Assembly (NCBI GenBank): GCA_963798085.1
Contig: CAWCRS010000010.1
Span: 115,899 to 179,898 of the forward strand
Direction of reading: 5' to 3'
Length of the DNA stretch: 64,000 bases
Source: an uncultured Gemmatimonadales bacterium
Lineage (GTDB): Bacteria > Gemmatimonadota > Gemmatimonadetes > Longimicrobiales > RSA9
Of the stretch, positions 48,755 through 60,396 are shown one piece after another. Below the pieces are notes generated by a model. It saw only the letters and a program-made list of their open reading frames with translations, did not search any database and had not been told where the DNA came from. A program made the translations under genes and the position numbers. Position 1 is the first letter of the stretch. Every line of letters begins with the position of its first letter.

Positions 48755-51700
48755 TCAGGTGATGGGCTTCTGCTTCTTCTCCGGCGGCTTGATCGGATCC
48801 AGTCCCTTCGACTTGAGCAGCTTGTTGAATTGCTCGAGGTCCGTGCGGATGAGGACGTCGAGGCGGTTGAGCTGCACGTCCAGCTGCGATGACAGATCGG
48901 CCAGAACCTCGTAGGACTGTTTCGTGGGACGGCCGTCCACGCCTTCCACGGCGCCCATCAGCGCGGCGATCTTGTTGTTCAGCTTGATGGGGAAGTTGAG
49001 CGGGTCCTGGCTGCTGCGGTTGCGGTACTGGTAGATCTCGCCCTCCACACCGGTGAATTTCTCTTCGAGTGCCTGGCCGGGCGCCTTGACGCTGGCGTTC
49101 TTGCCGATGCGATCATCGACCTGCGTCTTGATGTCGCGGATGTTGATAACGGCATCGTTAGCGTCACTGGAACGGTCGCGGACCTTCATCGCGAGGTCGA
49201 ACTGGGCCTGCAGGTCAGCCGCGCTGACACTGGCGAGGCGAGCGGCCTTGCCGATCTCGAAGCTCTGCGCCTGCGCCGGCTGGCCGTCCACCGTGAGGCG
49301 GGCGCTGTAGCCGCCGGGCAGTGCGCGCGGGCCATTGGTGCCGGCGGCCCACATGATGAGGCCGTCGAACGTGGTGGCGCCCGGATAGCGCATGTCCCAC
49401 GCGAAGCGGTGTGCCCCGGCGGTCAGCCCCAGCCTCCCGCCGCCGAAACCGCCTCGCCCGCCGCGGCCGCCGCCGCCGCCGCCGCCCCCTTCTTCATCAC
49501 CGCCGGCTTCGCCACCCCCCGCGCCGCGGCCGCCGCCACGCCCGCCTCTTCCACCCCGCCCGCCCGCCTGCGCGGTGTCGGGCGCCGTGTAGGACCGGAT
49601 GACGCTGCCGCGCGCATCGAGAATGTCCAGCGTGACCTTCTGCGCCGGCGCCTTCAGGTAGTAATTGATCGTTACCGCCTGGTCGCGCCCGCGCTCGACG
49701 GGCGTCGGCTTGAACAGATGGAAGGCTTCGGCCATCACCGCGGGCGTCAGCTGCCGCAGCTGGCTCATGTCGTCCATGATGTACGCGGACCGGCCGTGCG
49801 TGGCGATCACCAGGTCGTTGCCGTTGATCAGCAGGTCGGGTACCTGCACATCGGGCAGGTTGCGACGGAAGTCCTGCCAGTGCGCGCCGTTGTCGAAGGA
49901 GATGTCAGATGCCGTGCTCGGTGCCTGCGAAGAGCAGCTCGGGCCGCACCGGGTCCTCCCGCACGACGTGCACGAAGTCGCCCGCTGCGATGCCGTTGAT
50001 GGTCTTGACCCAGGTCTGACCGTAGTCGTCCGTGCGATAGATGTAGGGCGCGCGGTCATCGAGCTGGTAGCGCTTGGCGGCGACGTAGGCCGTGCCCGCC
50101 CGGTGCGGCGACACTTCGATCATGCTGATGCGCGCGAACTCGGGCAGATCCTTCGGCGTCACGTTGCTCCACGTCCTGCCGTGATCGCGCGTGATGCTGA
50201 TCACGCCGTCGTCGCTGCCCGTCCAGATGGTATTCGCGTCGTGCGGCGATGGCGCCACGGTGAAGATGACGGCGTAGGTCTCGACGCCCGTGTTGTCCTT
50301 GGTGATCGGGCCGCCCGATGACCCCATGGTCTTCGGATCATGGCGAGTCAGGTCGGGACTGATCTGCTCCCAGCTCATGCCGTCGTTGCGGGTCATGAAC
50401 AGGTGCTGGGATGCGACGTACAGCTCCTTCGGCCCGGTGCGCGAGTAGACGATCGGGTAGGTCCACTGGAAGCGCTCCTTCATGTCGTCGGACGCGTGGC
50501 CCATGGGATTGTCGGGCCAGACGTCCACGGTCTGCTCGTTGCCGGTGGCGAAGTCGTAGCGCGTGAGCAGGCCGCCGTAGCTGCCGGCGAAGAAGATGTC
50601 CGGGTGCTCCGGATCGTTCGCAATGTAGCCGCTCTCGCCGCCGCCCACCTGCACGATGTCGGCGATCTGGTTCCAGCCGCGGCTGGGCACGCACGCCGTG
50701 CTGTTGTCCTGCTGCGCGCCGCACACCCAGTAGGGATCGTGCCCCGTGGTAATGACGTGATAGAGCTGCGCCGTGGGGAAGTCCTGGTCGGTCCAGGTCT
50801 GGCCGCCGTTGACCGAGACGTTGGCGCCGCCGTCATTGGACTCGATCATGCGCTCCGGATCATTGGGCGCGATCCACAGGTCGTGGTTGTCGCCGTGCGG
50901 CGGGCGCAGCTGCTGGTTGAAGGTCTTGCCGCCGTCGCGCGAGCGGTAGGCGCCCGTGTTGAGCACGTAGACGATGTCCCTGTTCTTCGGGTCGGCGTAA
51001 ATGCGCGTGTAGTAGAACGCGCGCTGGCGCAGGTTGCGGTCGTCATTGGTGCGTTCCCACGTCTGGCCGCCATTCTCGGAGCGGAACACGCCGCCCTCCT
51101 CGGCCTCGACAATGGCGAACACACGGTTCGGATCGGGCGATACGGCTACACCGATCTTGCCGATGATGCCCGCGGGCATGCCCTGATTGCGCGTCAGCTC
51201 GGTCCACGTGTCGCCGCCATCCGTGGTCTTGAAGAGGCCGCTGCCGGGGCCGCCGCTGTACATGCCCCACGAGGTGCGGTACACCTCCCACAAGCTGGCA
51301 TACAGCGTGTTAGGATTGGATGGGTCGATCGACCAGGTCCTCGGCTCCGGCCTTGTCGCTGCGGAAGAGCACGCGCTGCCAGCTGGCGCCGCCATCCTTC
51401 GAGCGGTACACGCCGCGCTCGGGATTGGGGCCGTAGGCGTGACCCAGCACCGCGGCATACACGATGTCGCAGTTCGCCGGGTTAATGCGGATGCGGGCGA
51501 TGGTCTGGCTCTCGGGCAGGCCCATGTGCTTCCACGTCTTGCCGGCGTCGGTGGACTTGTAGACGCCATCGCCCTGCATGATGTTGCCGCGGAACTCGGA
51601 CTCGCCCATGCCAATGTACACGACATCGGGATTCGCGTCGCAGACCTGCACGGCGCCCACGGATGAGCTGGTGAGCTGGCCATCGGTGACGGGCCGCCAC

Positions 51701-51987
51701 GTGGTGCCGCCGTCGGTTGTCTTCCAGAGGCCGCCGCCGGTGGCGCCGAAGTAGTACTCGTTGGGGCGGCTGGCGCTGCCCGCCGAGGCGGTCGAGCGTC
51801 CGCCGCGCACCGGTCCGACATTGCGGAAGCTGAGCCCGCCGAACCAGGTGGTGTCCCGGAGCGCGGTCTGCATCGCGGCCTGCGCCGCAGCCGGGCTGTT
51901 GGCGGCGGGTGTCGAGGCCGCGCCGAAGATGGCGACGCCAATGGCGGCGCTCCGGATCAGCCCGGTGCGCGTGGTGATGGAAAGCAT
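48755..51987 (-). CDS. Second exported VPS10/BNR-repeat glycosyl hydrolase-like protein (frameshifts near 51330 and 49905)
   Basis: ATG 51987; [12 protein letters not shown], Asp-boxes, [22 protein letters not shown]; pieces 51310-52104, 49905-51941 and 48755-50059. Confidence 0.87.
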
Positions 51988-52253
51988 GGTCTGTCTCCCG
52001 AGTACGCTGACACGCGGCGAGCGGGCCGGTCCGTGGCCCGGCGGGTCGCCTGTGGAATACTGTGTGGTACGCTCCCATGTTACCGGCGGCGTGGGGTGTG
52101 TCAAGCCTGAGCGACCGCGCCCGCACCGCGCGTGTTACCGTCCCTCATCGACTGCTTGCTCGCTTCCGGCCGCTTGCGCATCATGCCGCAGCCCGGCTTT
52201 CGGAATGCTGCACGCCCGCCTGGGCAATTCCCTTCGACAGAGCGAGGTGTATC

Positions 52254-53208
52254 GTGCGTGTCCGCATCGCGTTCCCCGCAGCACTGCTGCTCGTCGCCTC
52301 GTCCGGGCGCGCACAGAATCCGCCCTGGCGACTGCCGCCCGAGCAGGTGAAGACCATCGTCGATCACGTGCGCGCCGGACGCAATCTGCAACCCGCGCAG
52401 TGGCCCGGCGGCGCGCGCGTCGCGGTGATTCTTTCTTTCAATGTCGACAATGAAACGCCCACGCTGGCCGGCATGCAGGACGCGCGCACCGTATCGGTCA
52501 GCTCGCTGTCGCGCGGCGAGTACGGCGCGCGCATCGGCCTGCACCGCGTGCTCGATGTGCTGGACCGCGACCACATTCCCGCGACCTTCTTCATTCCCGC
52601 AATGAGTCTCGAGCTGCACCCGGAGATGGCGGACTCGATCAAGCGCTACGGCCGCCACGAGTTCGGCGTGCACGGCTGGATCCACGAGCAGAACACGAGC
52701 CTCGCCGCGGATGAAGAAACGGAACTCATCCGCAAGGCACGCGATGACCTGGAGCGGCTCACGGGCATGCGGCCGGTCGGCTATCGCGCGCCCTCGTGGA
52801 ATTTCAGCCCCAACACATTGCACATGCTGCGCGAGCTGGGTTTCCTCTACGATACGTCGCTCATGTCCGATGACCGTGCGTACGAGCTGCTGGAAGACAA
52901 TCAGGCGACCGGCGTGGTCGAGCTGCCGGTGGAATGGATCCTCACGGAGTCCGTACTGTTCGATCCGCGCGGCAGCAACTACGCATCGCCGCGCGATGTG
53001 CTGCAGGTCTACATCGACGAGTTCGACAAGGCGTGGGAGGAGCACGGCATGTTCATTCTCACCACGCACCCGCACCTGATCGGCCATCGCTCGCGCATCC
53101 TCGTGCTCGAGAAGCTCATCGAGCACATGAAGACGAAGGGCGGCGTGTGGTTCACGACGGGCAAGGCGGCGGCGGAGTACGTGAACAAGAATGGCGGGCA
53201 CGCGCTGA
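52254..53208 (+). CDS. Polysaccharide deacetylase (PuuE/PgdA-like CE4), exported
   Basis: SFNVDNE, EYGARIG, ATFFIP, HGWIHE, GYRAPSW, HPHLIGHRSR. As sequenced the ORF runs to 53378; removing one A near 53190 ends it KMAGTR* at 53208. Confidence 0.85.
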
Positions 53209-53211
53209 GGC

Positions 53212-53929
53212 TCAGCGGCGCAGCTCGATCCAGGTGGCGCTGGCGCTGCCCACGAGGCGGCGCCGGCTGTCGAACAGTGCGGTGGCGACGTGGTGCTTTC
53301 TGCCCTCGTGCGCCAGGGGCCAGCCGATCACAATGCAGGCCTCGCCGGGGTCGACCAATGCGGTCACGTGCGCGGTGAAGCGACCCAGCACGGCGGGCCC
53401 GGGGTTGCTGCCGAATGGCGGCCGCGAATCCGCCCGGGCAATCCAGGGCGGCCCAGAGGAAGGCCTTGCGAACAGCGCCGTTCGCATCGGCCAGATCCGC
53501 GGAGGGAGTCCAGACCGAAGCAACAGCCGTTGCATCGGGCAGTCTGCCCGCGAATATGCGCAGTCCATCACCCCGGGCGCGGGCGGGTCCGCACACGAAG
53601 CAGTGCGGGAACGGGTGCTCGGCGGCAGTCGGATAACTGCGCATTGCGGCTTCGGCCTGTGCCCGTGAAGGCGGCGCCGGCACACGCAGGTCGAGCGCAG
53701 CGGGAACCACTTCCGCGACCACATCGTCGCCTGCCATCAGACGTGTGAGGTGCGGCGAACGCTCCACGCGCAGTGTCGTGTCGAGGGGCACCGCCTGGCG
53801 CAGCGTGATCTGCAGCGGCTGCGCAGCGGCACCCGCCAGCAAGCCGCCAATGTAGCCGCCATTCGCCCGATCCGCTGGCCCGCAGAAGCGAGGTTCCACG
53901 ACGAGCAGCTCAGCGGGATGAACCATCAT
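53212..53929 (-). CDS. Double hotdog-fold thioesterase-like protein (frameshift near 53420)
   Basis: RFCGP..ANGGY, HPFPHCFVCG, WAALDCPG, then GRKHHVATALF...ATWIELRR*. Confidence 0.75.
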
Positions 53930-53977
53930 GTCGCGCGGCGGGCATGAGGGCGAAACGCAGCCGGGGTACGGCCCGAC

Positions 53978-54268
53978 TCAGCCCGGTTTCGTGAGAGCGG
54001 GCGTCTCGGAGCTGCCACTGGTGAGCTGGCGCTGGAATTCCTGCTCCTCGATCACGCGCTGCATGGTGCGCTCAATGCGCTCGAGCCGGTCTTCGGTTTC
54101 CGCCAGGCGCTGTGCCATGGGCTCCATCGCAACCGCTGTCTTCTGCATTTCCGCGTGCTTCAACACCGCCGCAATGACGGGCTGCACAATGAAGCGACCG
54201 ATCACCGCGACGAGTGGAATCCCCAGCGCGATGATGGGGATGAAGACGCCCACTGTTCCAGGATCCAT
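53978..54268 (-). CDS. Small membrane protein with coiled coil
   Basis: MDPGTVGVFIPIIALGIPLVAVI TM followed by RLAETEDRLERIERTMQRV. Confidence 0.7.
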   Translation of the reverse strand: MDPGTVGVFIPIIALGIPLVAVIGRFIVQPVIAAVLKHAEMQKTAVAMEPMAQRLAETEDRLERIERTMQRVIEEQEFQRQLTSGSSETPALTKPG

Positions 54269-54536
54269 TTGCCGCTCCAATCGCCAGGCGGAGGTTGCTC
54301 GTGCCAGTGGTTTGCGCTGCTGCGCCGCGACGGCTGCGGTGCAGTTGGTTGTCCCCTGCAACGCGGCGCATTCGCACTCAAGATAACGGCGGGCGCCCCG
54401 GCCACGAAACCGCGCGGGCGCGCTGGCGGGCCACGCTGCGTGTTGCGGCCGGGGCAGCGACCGGGCATCTTGCGAGCCCCGTTTGCCCGGGACCCGCAGT
54501 GCTCTCAACCCCCGCCCACCCAGGACGAGGACAGTC

Positions 54537-56369
54537 ATGAGACGGACATTGCTGTGTGCGCTGGCGCTGACCCTGCGGGCCGCGGCGGTGAGCGCGCAGG
54601 ACAGTGTTTCCTACGTCGTTCGCTTTCCCAATGCCGTTCACCACGAGGCGAGCATCACCGCCACCTTCACGCACCTGCCCGCCGCGCCGCTGCAGCTGCG
54701 CATGAGCCGCTCCTCACCGGGCCGCTACGCCCTGCACGAGTTCGCGAAGAATGTCTATTCCGTGACTGCGGAGGATGGGCGAGGCCGCGCGCTGACGCTG
54801 ACGCGGCCGGATCCGTACGGCTGGGACGCGGCCGGCCATGACGGCACGGTGCGCGTGACCTACACGCTGTTTGGCGATCGCGCGGATGGCACGTATGCGG
54901 GCATCGACCTGAACCACGCGCACCTGAACATGCCGGCCACCTTCATGTGGGCGCGCGGTCTCATGCAGCGGCCCATTCGCGTGACCTTCGAGCCGCCCGC
55001 CGGCTCGGGCTGGAAAGTGGCGACGCAGCTGCGTCCCACGAACGCGGCCACCACCTTCACCGCGCCCGATCTGCAGTACTTCATGGACAGTCCCACGGAG
55101 CTGTCGGATTTCCGGCTGCGCGACTGGCAGGTGATGTCGGGCGGAAAGACGTACACGATCCGTATCGCGCTGCACGATCCCGGCACGGACCAGGAGCTGG
55201 ATCGCTACACCGACATGGCGAAGAAAGTCGTCGCCGAAGAAGAAGCCGTGTTCGGCGAGTTCCCCGCCTACGATGTGGGCACGTACACGTTCATCGCCTG
55301 CTACGGCCCCTGGGCCGCGGGCGATGGCATGGAGCATCGCAATTCGACATCGCTCACCAGCGGCGGCACGCTGGCTAACAACATGATGGGGAACCTGAGC
55401 ACGCTGTCGCACGAGTACTTCCACTCCTGGAACATGGAGCGCATCCGGGCGCGCGCCATCGAGCCGTTCGACTTCGAGCGCGCCGACATGTCGGGCGAGC
55501 TGTGGTTCGGCGAGGGCTTCACGCAGTACTACACGCAGCTCTTCCTGCGGCGGGCCGGGCTGATCGACGACGATCAGTACATTGCCACCCTCAACGGCAC
55601 CATCAACACGGTGGTGAACGCGCCGGGCCGGCGCTTCTTCAGTGCGGTGGGCATGAGCCGGCAGGCGCCCTTCATCGATGCGGCCGTTTCCATCGACCCG
55701 ACGAACCAGCTCAACACGTTCATCTCGTACTACACGTACGGCGCGGCCATCGCGCTGGGCCTGGACTTCACGCTGCGCACGCGCTTCCACAAGTCGGTGG
55801 ACGACCTGATGCTCGCCATGTGGCTGCGCCACGGCAGGCCGGAGAAGCCGTACACGCTGGACGACATCCGCGCCGCACTGGCGCAGGTGAGCGGCGATGC
55901 GGCCTTCGCCGGCGATTACTTCAACCGCTACATGGCAGGCCAGGAGATCGTCGACTATGCGAGCCTGCTGGCCGGCGCCGGTGTTCTGGTGCGCAAGGCC
56001 AATCCCGGCCACGCGACGCTTGGCCCTGCGTTCCTGCAGGTGCAGAACGGGCGCGTCACGTTCGGTGCGGGCACCGCCGTGGGCACGCCCTGGTACGACG
56101 CGGGCCTCGAGCGCGGCGACCCGCTGGCGTCGCTGGATGGCACGGACATCACGTCGGTCGAGCAGCTGAACGAGCTGATCGCGCAGCATCAGCCGGGGCA
56201 GCGTGTCGCGGTCACCTGGCTGAATCGCGGCATTCCGCGCACCGGCAGCATCACATTCGTGGAGGATCCTCAACTCGAGGTGCTGAGCTACGAGCGCGCG
56301 GGCATGCCCGTCACCGATGCCATGCGCCGCATGCGCTCGGAGTGGCTGGACTCGAAGGCGGCGCGCTGA
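54537..56369 (+). CDS. M61-family metallopeptidase with PDZ domain
   Basis: Signal peptide, SPGRY, GMEHRNST, HEYFHSWN, LWFGEGFT, C-terminal PDZ (AGLERGD). Confidence 0.93.
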   Translation: MRRTLLCALALTLRAAAVSAQDSVSYVVRFPNAVHHEASITATFTHLPAAPLQLRMSRSSPGRYALHEFAKNVYSVTAEDGRGRALTLTRPDPYGWDAAGHDGTVRVTYTLFGDRADGTYAGIDLNHAHLNMPATFMWARGLMQRPIRVTFEPPAGSGWKVATQLRPTNAATTFTAPDLQYFMDSPTELSDFRLRDWQVMSGGKTYTIRIALHDPGTDQELDRYTDMAKKVVAEEEAVFGEFPAYDVGTYTFIACYGPWAAGDGMEHRNSTSLTSGGTLANNMMGNLSTLSHEYFHSWNMERIRARAIEPFDFERADMSGELWFGEGFTQYYTQLFLRRAGLIDDDQYIATLNGTINTVVNAPGRRFFSAVGMSRQAPFIDAAVSIDPTNQLNTFISYYTYGAAIALGLDFTLRTRFHKSVDDLMLAMWLRHGRPEKPYTLDDIRAALAQVSGDAAFAGDYFNRYMAGQEIVDYASLLAGAGVLVRKANPGHATLGPAFLQVQNGRVTFGAGTAVGTPWYDAGLERGDPLASLDGTDITSVEQLNELIAQHQPGQRVAVTWLNRGIPRTGSITFVEDPQLEVLSYERAGMPVTDAMRRMRSEWLDSKAAR

Positions 56370-56379
56370 GCCCTTCGCC

Positions 56380-56763
56380 TCAGGGCAGCTTCACCTCCAG
56401 CAGCACTTCCTGGTTGCACGATGGACACGTGAGGGTGCGCTGGCCCGTCAGCCGGCCCGCCGGTGTGCTGAGCGCCGCGCCGCAGCGCGGGCAGGTCGCA
56501 TCCATGGTGAGCAGCGTGTAATGCTCCGTCATGCGCCGCTGCGCGAGCACGGCGCCGGTTCCCAGCGCGCCCAGCGCCCACGGGAAATGCGGCGGTACGA
56601 GTGCCACGACGGGCGTCACGCCCAGTCCGATCGCCAGTGACAGCAGGCCGCGCGTGGCACGCCACGAGCGACTGCGTTCGAGTGCCTCAATGCGTGCTTC
56701 CTTCACGGGAAAACCGAACGCCTCGACTTTTCCGTTCAGCACGATTTTCGATGAATCCGTCAT
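56380..56763 (-). CDS. Membrane protein with C-terminal zinc ribbon
   Basis: Two TM helices, CPRC...CPSC. Confidence 0.7.
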   Translation of the reverse strand: MTDSSKIVLNGKVEAFGFPVKEARIEALERSRSWRATRGLLSLAIGLGVTPVVALVPPHFPWALGALGTGAVLAQRRMTEHYTLLTMDATCPRCGAALSTPAGRLTGQRTLTCPSCNQEVLLEVKLP

Positions 56764-56990
56764 CTTGCTCGTTCCCTTCCCCCGGTTCTGTCAGAAACTC
56801 GACGCGCAATGCGTCGTCTGGGAGAGGCGCGCTCTCGCCCCGCGGAGCGACAGGCGCCGGCGCGAGTATAACATCGGCGGCCGGCTCTCTGCCGGGCGCC
56901 TGTCTCCCCGCTGCGGGCCGGTTCGCGGGTGACTGCACCGGTCCGGTCCCGTGCGGGCCGTGCGCGGCGGGATTGCGGCGCGGAGATCAG

Positions 56991-57015
56991 GGAACGACGT
57001 CGCCGGCGTGTCGTT
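56991..57015 (+). promoter_or_regulatory. Candidate ECF sigma-factor promoter
   Basis: GGAAC-N16-CGTT about 115 bp upstream of the ATG at 57130. Confidence 0.35.
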
Positions 57016-57129
57016 TCATTGGGCAGCGCAGACCTGCCAGCCGCTTGCAGGCCGAGCGGCCGGCGCCCCATCATGCCACCGGACCGGCCGCGCTGACGCG
57101 TCCGGCAGCGTGCAAGCAGGAGTACAGAC

Positions 57130-57891
57130 ATGCGCAGTGATCGGATTCTCGTTACCGCTTCTCTCGTGGCACTGTGCGCCTCGTCGCTGGCGGCACAGAG
57201 CTACAAGGGCAAGGGGCCGGAGGCGACGCAGAAGTTCGCGTTGACCGAAGGCCGCGCGGTGTTCGAAATGAGTGTGCGCGGCGATGGCCCGTTCGCGGTC
57301 CGCCTGCTGGATGAAGCGGGCAACGTGGTGGGCGAGCTGGCAAAGGGTGATGGCGTCTTCGGCGGCTCCAATGTGCTCGCGATCCCGAAGACGGGCATGT
57401 ACCAGTTCGACGTCAGCGCGCCCGGCGACTGGGACGTGCGGCTGGTCAGCAATTCGCCGATACTCACGACGAACACCGATCCGGAAGCCGCGAGCGCCGT
57501 GGCCGCGGGCAAGACCAATGGGTCGAAACCGGGCACCTTCGGCTGGTTGTCGCGCGGTTTCCTCGGTGGCCTCGTGGCCGGTCCCATCGGCACTGCGCTC
57601 ATGGTGAACTCAGCCGGCAACCACGCGGACAGGACGGCCCAGAATGCGACGTCCGCGCTTTCCCAGGGCGATGCCGCGTACCGTGTCTCCTATCAGCAGG
57701 GTTACGGCGCGCAGCTGCGGCTGCGCCAGCAGCGCTCCGCCGCAGTCGGCGGACTGGTCGGCTCTGCAGGGCTCGCGGCGGTGCTGATCCACGTGATTCA
57801 CCTGAAGCACAGCACCGACACGAGCAGCGGCGGCGACAACGGCGGCACCACACCCTTCCTCGTCGTGCCGCTGCTGCGCTTCCACTACTGA
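57130..57891 (+). CDS. Exported hypothetical protein
   Basis: AGGAG RBS, signal peptide, beta-rich N-domain, Gly-rich hydrophobic helices. Confidence 0.72.
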   Translation: MRSDRILVTASLVALCASSLAAQSYKGKGPEATQKFALTEGRAVFEMSVRGDGPFAVRLLDEAGNVVGELAKGDGVFGGSNVLAIPKTGMYQFDVSAPGDWDVRLVSNSPILTTNTDPEAASAVAAGKTNGSKPGTFGWLSRGFLGGLVAGPIGTALMVNSAGNHADRTAQNATSALSQGDAAYRVSYQQGYGAQLRLRQQRSAAVGGLVGSAGLAAVLIHVIHLKHSTDTSSGGDNGGTTPFLVVPLLRFHY

Positions 57892-57946
57892 CTTCGGCGC
57901 CCGGCCGCGGCCAGCCGCCGCGGCGCCCGTTTGCGCCTGATCGCAG

Positions 57947-57985
57947 AACGGCCCGTCCCGCGGATCCTGCGCAGGACGGGCCGTT
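57947..57985. terminator. Hairpin between convergent genes (probable terminator)
   Basis: AACGGCCCGTCCCGCG / CGCAGGACGGGCCGTT inverted repeat; weak U tracts. Confidence 0.55.
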
Positions 57986-58007
57986 AATGTCAGGTCAGGC
58001 GACGATG

Positions 58008-59301
58008 CTACTTCACCCGCCGTGAGCGACGCCGCAGGAAATCCCGCATCACGTACTCGCCCAGCGTCATCGTGTTCGTGAAGTACGCCTTGCCCCGCGC
58101 CATCTGACAGACGGTTGCCACGAAGTGCACGAGCGCGGGGTCCCTCGCCAGCATGAACGTGTTGATCAGGATGCCGCTCTTCCGGCACGCGCCCACCTCG
58201 CGCAGCGTCTCGCGGATCACGCGCGGATCGAGGCCCGCGGGGTTCTTGTAGACGCGACCGTCCGGCAGTGTAATGGCGGAGGGCTTGCCATCCGTGATCA
58301 TGACGATCTGCCGCATGTCCTTCTTCTGCGCGAGCAGCAGGCGACGCGCCAGCTTGATGCCTTCCGCGGTATTCGTGTGGTACGGTCCCACCTTCGTCTG
58401 TGCCAGCTCGCCGAACGGGATCTCGCGCGCGCGGTCGCCGAACGTGACGACGCGCAGCGAGTCGCCCGGATACTGCGTACGGATCAGAATGCGACAACGC
58501 CAGCGCCACCTTCTTCGCCGGTGTGAACCGGTCTTCGCCGTAGAGAATCATCGAGTGCGAGATGTCGAGCAGCAGCACGGTCGCGCACGAGCTGCGATAC
58601 TCCGCCTGGTGCACCATGAGGTCGGAGTATTCGAGATCGAGCGGCACCCTCGGACCCTGGCGCGCGAGCGCGTTCTTCAGCGTGCCGGGAATGTCGAGGT
58701 TCATGGTGTCGCCGAACTCGTAGGGCCGGGCCGCGGCACTCGCCTCGATGCCGGTGTCCAGGTGCGCCGTGTCGTGCGCGCCGTAGCTCGAGTGGCCGAT
58801 GGCCGACAGCAGATGACGCAGCGTGCGGTAGCCGAGGAAGTCGACGCCCTTCTGCGTCAGGTTGAACTCGACCTGCTGCGCCGCCTGCCTGCCCTCGTCG
58901 ATCATGCCGCCACCCTCCGGCATCTCGACGTGGCCGCCCGGCAGCAGCGGCGCATTGCCCAGATTGATGTAGCCTTCCTCGACGAGCTTCTTCACCAGGT
59001 CATTGAGCAGCTCGGCGATCTGCTTGCGCACCTCCGCGTCACCATCGCCCTCGCCACGCAGCTCGCTGAGCATCTCGGGCGTGAGCTGGCCGCTCTCGAT
59101 GAGCGCCTGCAGCAGCGCTTCCTTCAGCGCATCGAGCGAGCGATCTTCGTTGTCGCCGGACCAGCCCCACCACGGGTGAAAATGGGGGCCGCCCTCGAAG
59201 CCGCTCTGCAGCAGGAAATCGGCGAGTCGCTCGAGCAGGTCCTGGATGTTGAGCGCGTCGAGGACCGTGCCGCTGTACTTCGAATAGGTCGTGAACTTCA
59301 T
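58008..59301 (-). CDS. von Willebrand factor A (vWA) domain protein (frameshift near 58490)
   Basis: [24 protein letters not shown]; pieces 57610-59301 and 58008-58391. Confidence 0.85.
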
Positions 59302-59313
59302 GAGCCACCATCA

Positions 59314-60396
59314 GTGACGGGAAAGGCGAGGGTGCTGCCCGGGGCGCAGGTCCGCGCGCTGCGCCGTTCCCTGCTCGCCTGGTTCGACGAGCGGCGCCGC
59401 GATCTGCCGTGGCGCCGCGCGACCGATCCGTACCACATCTGGGTCTCCGAGGTCATGCTGCAGCAGACGCGCGTGGAGACGGTCATCCCCTACTACGAGC
59501 GCTGGCTGGCGCGGTTCCCCACGATCAATGCGCTGGCCAGTGCCGCGACCGACGATGTGCTGCATGCCTGGCAGGGCCTCGGCTACTACTCGCGTGCCCG
59601 TAATCTACAGCGCGCGGCGCGTGTCGTCAGGGAAGTCCATGGCGGTCAGCTGCCGGCGGACCCTCGGCGAACTGCGGGCACTGCCGGGCGTGGGGCGGTA
59701 CACGGCGGGTGCGCTCGCGTCGATCGTGCATGGGTTGCCGGAGCCGGCGGTGGACGGGAATGCGCGGCGGGTGCTGTGTCGTCTGCTTGGTTCAGGCGAC
59801 GTTACTCGCGTCCGCGCTCGAGTCGTTTGCTGCGGAGCTCGTCTCTCCGGAACGTCCGGGTGCGTTCAACCAGGCGCTCATGGAGGTGGGCTCACGCGTG
59901 TGCACGCCGCGGAATCCCTCGTGTGGAGTCTGTCCTTTAAGTTCGTTTTGTCTGGCGTATGGGCGGGGGACGCAGGAGCTCCGTCCTGCATCCCGTCGGC
60001 CTGGCGAGGTGCCTTCGTTCGACATCGGGACGGCGGTCGTGCGGTCGCGGTGACCGCGTGCTGGTGGTGCGGCGGCCGGATCGTGGGTTGCTGGCGGGGA
60101 TGTGGGAGTTTCCGGGCGTTGAGCTGCGGGCTGGGGAGGGGGTGAGGGCGGGAGCGCGGCGGGCGGCGCTTGGGGCGGGGGTCAGGGTCGGGCGCGGGGG
60201 GCGGTTGCTTGGGGCGGTGCCGCACGCGTTCAGCCACCGTCGGGAGACGTATCACGCGGTGTTGTTTACGTTGTCGTCTGGGCAGGTTGCGGTCGAGGGC
60301 GCTGCCGGGGATGTTCTGTGGGCGCCCCTGAGCGAGTTGGAGGAATTGGCTATGGGGCGGGCGCAGCGGCGGGTGGCGGAACTTGGCCTCGGGTGA
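59314..60396 (+). CDS. mutY: A/G-specific adenine glycosylase (about three frameshifts)
   Basis: [68 protein letters not shown]e-S motif, [10 protein letters not shown]. Confidence 0.92.

Noticed and set aside
53009..53378. Long 3' overlap between the deacetylase and the hotdog-fold gene
   Set aside because: One indel in each gene explains it; corrected stops fall at 53208 and 53212.
59314..60396. mutY as a true pseudogene or programmed frameshift
   Set aside because: All catalytic motifs are intact, no slippery sites are evident, and neighbouring genes show the same indels; assembly error is more likely.
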